In this document: piece after piece, positions 56,163 through 64,000 of the stretch
Layout: every line of letters begins with the position of its first letter
Numbering within the stretch: the stretch's first letter is position 1
Assembly: GCA_951406725.2 (NCBI GenBank)
Contig: OX597838.1
Location: 14,694,001 to 14,758,000, forward strand
DNA: 64,000 nucleotides
Origin: Octopus vulgaris
Lineage: Eukaryota
Direction of reading: 5' to 3'
The notes under the pieces: model-generated
Databases searched by the model: none
What the model saw: the letters and a program-made list of their open reading frames with translations, nothing else
What the model was told of the DNA's origin: nothing
Program-made: the position numbers and the translations under genes

Positions 56163-56501
56163 CAGGGATTTTCAACCGTTTTTTTTTATCTATGAACCCC
56201 TTTGATTACTATCTTATTCTGGTGGGCTCCCATAGCCATTTGATGTTTAAAAACTAGTTTTATTAAGACTTCTTTTGAAATTCCTATTAACTTGTGTAGA
56301 TTGACCTATGTAAAATGTCACAGAAAGAAATCTTAACTTTTTCTTCCAATACACACCAAAATATACATCTAAAGTATAAATTTTTTCAGGGGCCCTTAAA
56401 ATACTATTGTGGATCCCCAATTTACTATTTTGCTGCGTAGACCCCCACAAGATCTTATGTAGACCATCAGGGGCCATATGGACTCCATTTGAGAACCACT
56501 G
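56163..56501. mobile_element. hAT MITE family G
   Basis: cagggattttcaac ... ttgagaaccactg; TSD atgtagag/atttagag. Confidence 0.8.
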
Positions 56502-56935
56502 ATTTAGAGATTTGTCGGTCAAGAAGTCCTTAGCAGTGTCTAACAAGTCTCAAATCTTGTGAGAAGCAATTGCCTGAAATAGCAGCCAAATCTCCTTTAG
56601 ATCACACCATTCCATGTTAAAAGAAAAAAATGAAGGATACATAGGACAGTGAAGTCCCTAATGTATTAAATGGGTATGATGGTCATGGCTTGAATGCCAT
56701 TATTCATAAGTCTGCTCAATCAAGACTGACTCGGAGCTAAGTGCCAATAACTTTCAGACACAGCCCTGACCTATTAACAAGCATTGTATGTCCCTCTCTC
56801 TCCCTTCCATTATTCCCTCTCTATATTTATCTTACGATTATATAAATAAACTCATTCTAAATTCAAATAAATTCTCTCAAATATTCCTTTGTTTACTTGA
56901 CGGTAAATATTTATTAAATTTTGTTCTACTTCCAG

Positions 56936-57058
56936 ATTCGATATATTTCCCAAACCCAAGGCATGCCAGCGGAACATATGCTAAGTTCTGCCACAAAAAC
57001 TGCACGCTTCTTTGTGCGTGAAAACACTGATAGCAATTATCCATTCTGGCGATTAAAA
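56936..57058 (+). CDS. HIPK: HIPK coding exon 3 ([41 protein letters not shown])
   Basis: ttccag acceptor at 56935, aaa|gtaagt donor, 123 nt, phase 0/0. Closely resembles vertebrate [26 protein letters not shown]...YPLWRLK. Confidence 0.95.
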
Positions 57059-57344
57059 GTAAGTTTTGGCAGTGAGTGACTCACTTGCTCTTCTTCTTCT
57101 TCTTCTTCTTTACCCAGTATATATTTACATGTGTTATTTCTGTTCTTTAAATTGCAGCTTTATGTGCACTGTGCTGCACACAGTAAATAATAAGACGAAC
57201 TGAACTTGATTTGTCTATGACCACTGCAAGCTTACAAACTGGAAACAAAGAGGAAAGGATGTGTGTGTGTATGTGTGTGTGTGTACGCATACATATACAC
57301 TCAGACATAAAAGAAACATGGTCTCTTTTCCTCTTTGGTTTTAT

Positions 57345-57820
<476 letters not shown>

Positions 57821-58452
57821 ATCAAGCAATCTTTTGAATGGCAAAGAAAAGTGCCAACTCATTGAGAATTACTTAACGATGTTCATTATATGTGAAGGTT
57901 ACCTCTAACAAAATTATATTTGTATTCTGTGTGCCAAGACTGTGTGTGTGTGTAATGCTTGCTTGGATGTTTGCAAGTTTCTAAGTTTGCAGACACATCA
58001 AACCCTTAACAATCTTCAACAAAAACAAGCTGGAAGAGAATGCCACAGGGAAGGAGGTGGAGGCAGAAAGTAGAATCTTTTTGCCCTGCAAATTCCTCAT
58101 TCCCCTCCTTCTCATCCTCTCAACAAATAAAATTAATTTAATGGTTATTTGGCAAGAATATCGGGAAGCAAATTGTGTGTTGGGCTGAATAAATTTTGGC
58201 AGGATGTTAGAAATACTAGTGAAATATTTTTTTCCCTTCAGGGCTTTGGAGGGTTTTAAGATAAAAACCTGCTAAAAGAAATAATTTCCCCTCCCAAGAT
58301 AATTTAGGTAAAGAGGGAGAGAGGGAGGGTAGCAGTAGAGTTTATGCTTTAAAACCCAATCATAAGATTATGAGGAAACTAAAAGTGCAAAATAAGTTTT
58401 ACGGCTGAAACTAAGATGCTAAGGTGAATACTAAGATGTGTGTTTGTGTGTG

Positions 58453-58797
58453 TGTAGTAAGAAGCTTGCTTTCCAACCACAGGGTTCCAGGTTCAGTCCC
58501 ACTGCGTGGCACCCTAGGCAAATGTCTTCTATAGCTTCAGGCTGACCAATGCCTTGCAAGTGATTTTTTTAAAGATGGAAACTGAAAGAAGCTTGTGTGT
58601 GTGTGTGTCTTTGTTGCCCACTACTGCTTGACAACTGGTGTTGGTGTGTTTATACCCTGTAACTTAGCAGTTCCGGGTTCAGTCCCACTGCGTTGCACCT
58701 TGGTCAAGTGTCTTCTACTATAGCCTCAGGCCAACCAAAGCCTTGTGAGTGGATTTGGTAGACAGAAACTGAAAGAAACCCGTCGTATGTATGTATG

Positions 58798-58832
<35 letters not shown>

Positions 58833-58849
58833 TCATCATTTAGCGTCCG

Positions 58850-58893
<44 letters not shown>

Positions 58894-59121
58894 ATGTATC
58901 TATGTATGTGTGTGTGTTTGTGTGTCTGTTTGTCCCCCCCAACATCGGTTGACAAGTGGTGCTGGTGTGTTTACGTCCCCGTAACTTAGCAGTTCAACAA
59001 AAGAGACCGATAGAATAAGTACTAGGCTTACAAAGAATAAGTCCTGGGTTCGTTGTGCTCGACTAAAGGCAGTGCTCCGGCATGGCCACAGTCAAATGAC
59101 TGAAACAAGTAAAAGAGTAAA
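58453..59121 (+). mobile_element. Two stacked SINE family A copies
   Basis: The head is repeated at 58453 and about 58670; there is a single tail at 59060-59121. Confidence 0.8.
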
Positions 59122-59448
59122 GTGAGAGAGATGTCAAGGAGAGACAAACACTTACACCCCCCCCCCCCCCCCTTTATCTCTCTTTCCGTCACACTCTCTC
59201 TCTCTCCCTTTCTCTATCTGTCTCTTTCTCTCACTCACAAACAGACACACATGCACATTTGGCTGACTACCAAATCCACTAACAAGCTTCGGTCAGCCTG
59301 AGGCTATAGTAAAAGACACTTACCCAAGGTGACAACACAGTGTGACTGAATTGGAAACCTTGTTGTTGGGAAGCTAAGTGCTTAACCCCACAGACACGTC
59401 TACACCTTTATAGTATATTACTAATGCTGTTGTTATAATAATTTCTAA

Positions 59449-59829
<381 letters not shown>

Positions 59830-60683
59830 TGACTTAACGTTTTTTTCTTTCCCTTTCATCAACCTGGTGGCTATCCATAACCCCCTTTACCCCCCATCAA
59901 ATATTCTACTTTTTTTTTTTTTTGATTCTTTGACCTTCCTCCCACCCTTCCCCATCTTTCAAAAAAGCCCCACCCACCCCTGTCCAGCCCAACCCAACCC
60001 AACCCAACCACTGTTCATGATTCAGCTTTTAACTTGTTTTAAAATTTTCTTTTTCTTTCATCCAACCATCTATTTCTAACCCCCATCCCAACACCTTATC
60101 ACCATCCTTGTTTTCACATCTAGTTTTCTATGATTGGGTTAGATGGCAAGAAAACAGCGTTTTATTGCCAAAATGCTTCATCTGATGCCATCCCCTTTAG
60201 TCACCCAATATTGACATGCAGGGATACAGTACACCTGTTTAAAAAAAAAAAAAAGAGAAAGAATTGGGAGAAAAAATAGCAAAATCATTTTTCTAACTCC
60301 ACAAAATTTCATATTATTTACATTAGTCAGACTGGTGTTTCTCATCTTGACAGTTGCTTTCACTATGTTTCAGCTGTTGTTTCACTCCAGCCTCCTTTGG
60401 GTGTCTTATTTTGAACTTGGTTGTTGTATCGGAATTTCAAACCTCAGCCTGTTTTTGATCCACCTCCTAAGCAGAGATGACTACAATATAGGAAGCAATA
60501 ACTTAGAAAGAAAAGAACAGACTTCCACAACAGTCATAATAACAATAGATTACATAGACATTAGGCTTGTAAGCCTTTGAAATTCACTCTGTCAACTGCT
60601 TACAAGCATAGTGTGGTGGATAAAGGCATTGGTGAATGCAGTGCAGTCAGCTAGAGGTTCTGAGTTCAATCTCAGGCAAGGCA

Positions 60684-61022
60684 GGGTAAAGACTCCCTTA
60701 AGTCATGAATGACCATGGGATTGCACTTAGAAAGTTACTCACTGAGGTACAAGTCTGGGCAAGGTTGTTTTCTGGAAGACCAGCAGTCGCCCATGCATAC
60801 CAGCCTCCTCTCCTCTCTCTGTGCCACTGATGTTATCCAAGGGAAAGGTGAAGGACAATACAGCTTGGCACCTGTGATGTCGCAACTCATTTCTACGGCT
60901 GAGTGAACCTGAGCAACTTGAAATAAAAAGTGTCTTGCTCGAGGAAACAACACACAGCCCAGTCCGCGAATTGAACTCACTACTTCATGATTGCGAGCCC
61001 GATGCTCTAACCACTGAGCCAT
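60684..61022 (-). mobile_element. SINE family D
   Basis: Reverse complement of 31643-31985; lies between the arms of the intronic inverted repeat. Confidence 0.88.
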
Positions 61023-62546
61023 AGTGAATTCAACAACAAATCAACTGAAGCAAAAAAAATGTCATGAAAAGCAGAGTGGAATGGGAACAGTGTCCTGCCC
61101 GTAGATCAAATGAAGGATTAGTTTTGAAATTACGAAACAGCTGAGTTCAACGCAGGGCGCACAAAGAAGGCTGGAGCATACAGTAATCAAAATGAAGATA
61201 CCAGTCTGATTAATAATGCAAATAGTGTACATAATATTTATTCCTCATCTCAGAAGCATAGAATTGTGTTGTCCGCAAAACTGGTGTTGTCTTACAAACC
61301 AGTTTCAAGGCAGGGTTTTCTGTCAGTCACTGGCGGCTATTCTTGCACTCTCGGCCCCACGTTCTTAAATATGCTACCTTTTATATATATATACATACAT
61401 ACATATTGCTGAGTCTTCCTTACCCGGCTTCATATCAAGGCATCATTTCACTTTCATCGACAGACCATTGTGTTTCTACCAAGTTTAGGACAGAAAAGTA
61501 AATAAATATGTAGCGCATAACAAATGATGGTAACTGTAAATTGCATTCGAAGCAGTTTTTGAAATATTGATTTTTGCAACAGCAACAGCCATGATGACGA
61601 TGACAAGAGCAGCAATATCTGTCAATATGTCACAGAAATTCACATTCAAAAATCTCCTGCTTTGTATTTTTTAAACAGTGATCTTTAGTGTAAATTTTTG
61701 TCAGAATTTCTTTCTTGTTTCCTTACTTGATAATCTTATTATTTACTTTTCCCCGTTTTCCTTTTCTTAGTTCTTTTCCTGTTTTTTCTTTTCTTCTTTG
61801 TTTTCAGTTTCAGCTTTCAAAAATTATCTTAGAGATTAACCCTTTAGCATTTAACGGTCATATCTGGTCGAAATGTCCCACCTGTTTTATGCCCAAATTA
61901 GCCACATCTGGCCTCTCACACCAACCCTACAATATCATTTCTAAAGATTTAAGTTGCTTCATCAAAATCTCAAAAGCTACAAAATAAATTCAAAACATTT
62001 TGAATAAATAAACATTACATTTGACAAAATTATGTGAAAGCTAAAGGGTTAAGAAGTTGGGAAGATATGGGCGAAGTCTATTTTGTCCATTTGATTACGA
62101 TTTTTGGTTCTATCTGATGGTCTGTGGCCATCCTAGGATTACCATCTTTAACCCTTTAGCATTTAAACCGGCCATATCCTGCCAAAAATATTCTACCTGT
62201 TTTATGTTCAAACTAGCCCTATCTGGTCTCTCACACCAACCCTACAATATTGTTTTAAAAATTAACAGCTACCTCATCAAAATCTCATAGCTACAAGATA
62301 ATGCATGATTAGTTCAAAACAGTGTGGATGAAGAAGCATTAATTTTGGCAGAATAATGCGAACACTAAAGGGTTAAATCAACATGAAAGGACTTGTACCA
62401 TTGTGTTAGCCCTTTTAAAAATATTTTAAACTGACTTAGCTTTCAGCTCTTCTGAATCTTAATGATACCATATGGCATTAGTTATCACTTAACTGTAGTG
62501 TTAAATGGATAAGGAGATAATTCGCCCTTGGACAGAAACACTAGAC

Positions 62547-62804
62547 TAGTGGGTCTCAACCATTTTTCCTTTATGGATCCCTTTGATTCCTATTTGACTT
62601 TGGTGGATCCTGCCCCGTTGCCTTTTGGTGTTTTTTAAAAAAAAACTCATATTTTTACAATTAAATGTCATTAGGAATTTTATTTAAAAAATGTTAATGT
62701 TTTGTGAATTGTAGAAGTATAACAAATTTATTGTAGATAAATAACAAGAAAATCTTACATGGACCCCCACCAAGGGCCATATAGATCCCAGTTGAGAACC
62801 ACTG
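62547..62804. mobile_element. hAT-superfamily MITE family G with a perfect 8-bp TSD
   Basis: TSD cactagac at 62539-62546 and 62805-62812; TIR tagtgggtctcaac / gttgagaaccactg. Confidence 0.9.
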
Positions 62805-64000
62805 CACTAGACTTGTAGGAAGCCTTTCCCAAACTATTTGCTGAACACTGCACTGCATTTCATTGTGTATTTGGGGAGTACATCATACTATGTGTTTGAA
62901 GAGTACACTACTTCATTGAGTATTTGGGTACTATAACAATCCAGTTCACATTACCTCAGTTCTTTTTGATGTTGGAAATGTGTACCTGATCTTCATCTGG
63001 AGAATGTTACCTTGGAAGGTAACTGGCACCCTATCCCATGGGAAATTTATATTCTATCTGCTTCATCATACCATAAAACTAAAGTCAAGTATCAGTCTCC
63101 AAAGACCCATTGAGATGTTTAAGGAGATATTTAAATTAAATTTACAATACAATAATTCATTAATATTAATCTCTCTTCAAATTAGAAAATGTATAACATT
63201 TAAATTAACTGCTAAGATTTTGATGTCCAAAGATAATAAGAGCCAACGTACTGGCCAATTTATGTTGTGGAAATTAAATAGCGAAATTAAAAATAGCCAA
63301 AAGATTTTCTAGTTAATGGTAGGATGTAGTGCAAATTGTACCATGATTGCCCGACAACCAATAGGTATATGTTTCTAGTCTTGTTAGAAGTCCTATAATG
63401 TCTTTGTGAGAAGAAGAAAAATTGTTAAGTGACCCCTTTCAGGGACTTTGAGACTGGCAAGAGAAAATTGTCAGACTAAAGATCTGGCCTAAATACTTGC
63501 TACAGAGTGGAATTCATTAAGGCCATCCAAGGATCAAGTGGCAGTGTTAAGCTAGAAGATGGTTCAAGTCTCATCATCATAAATGAAATGGTCCTTTTAA
63601 CAGGCTTCCTCACAGTTTTTGTGTATCAAATTTCACTTGTATAGCTTTGGTCAATAACAAGGCTGTGCTAGAAGATACTTTACTAAAAAGGTGCAACACA
63701 GCGGAACTGAACCTGAAGCCATGTAGTTGCAAAGCAAATTCCTTAGAATCCATTTCAACATATTACTACTGCTTGTTATTTTATCCATCCTACCAAAAGA
63801 GGAATGAAAGAAATCAAACTTTAACTTGATTTGAACCCAGAGTGTGGTACACAACACATTTCTGGTCAATTTCCAACCACCCACCTTTTTTTAAAGGAGA
63901 AAACGTACCATTGGCAGTGATGAGATTTACAATTGGTGCTCAGACGGTATAATATACTTGTTAGGTATGTATTAGGGATTGGCATTCCGTTAAATTCCTA

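Noticed and set aside
61254-61412. Possible cryptic terminal exon (KHRIVLSAKLV...HTYC*) after tcctcatctcag
   Set aside because: No similarity to the expected next HIPK exon (xNxxTDLEG...DRREF) and it runs into a microsatellite; the next true exon appears to lie beyond the window.

Overview
AT-rich, microsatellite-dense eukaryotic (animal) genomic DNA. The repeat landscape looks like that of a coleoid cephalopod (Octopus-like); this is my inference from recalled repeat families, not proven. The only protein-coding gene I can support is the 5' part of a + strand homeodomain-interacting protein kinase (HIPK) gene. It has four coding exons (6339-7444, 51203-51326, 56936-57058, 59473-59559) giving 480 codons in frame, with a 43.8-kb intron splitting the activation segment (YYR|APE); the gene continues past the window. 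The introns contain several tRNA-derived SINE families, TTAA-flanked piggyBac-type MITEs, hAT and mariner MITEs, two non-autonomous Helitrons, CR1 and RTE LINE 3' fragments, DD37D transposase remnants, Penelope-like fragments and large TA/CA arrays. Nearly all other ORFs in the track are microsatellite or SINE artefacts. The most notable observations are: (1) a non-TE-looking long-range inverted repeat downstream of the last exon whose mismatches favour sense-strand G-U pairs (candidate ADAR/splicing dsRNA); (2) an in-frame alternative 5' splice site on that exon; (3) a pre-tRNA-Gly fused to a CR1 LINE tail; (4) two minimal hammerhead-like motifs; (5) modular head/core/tail swapping among the SINEs.
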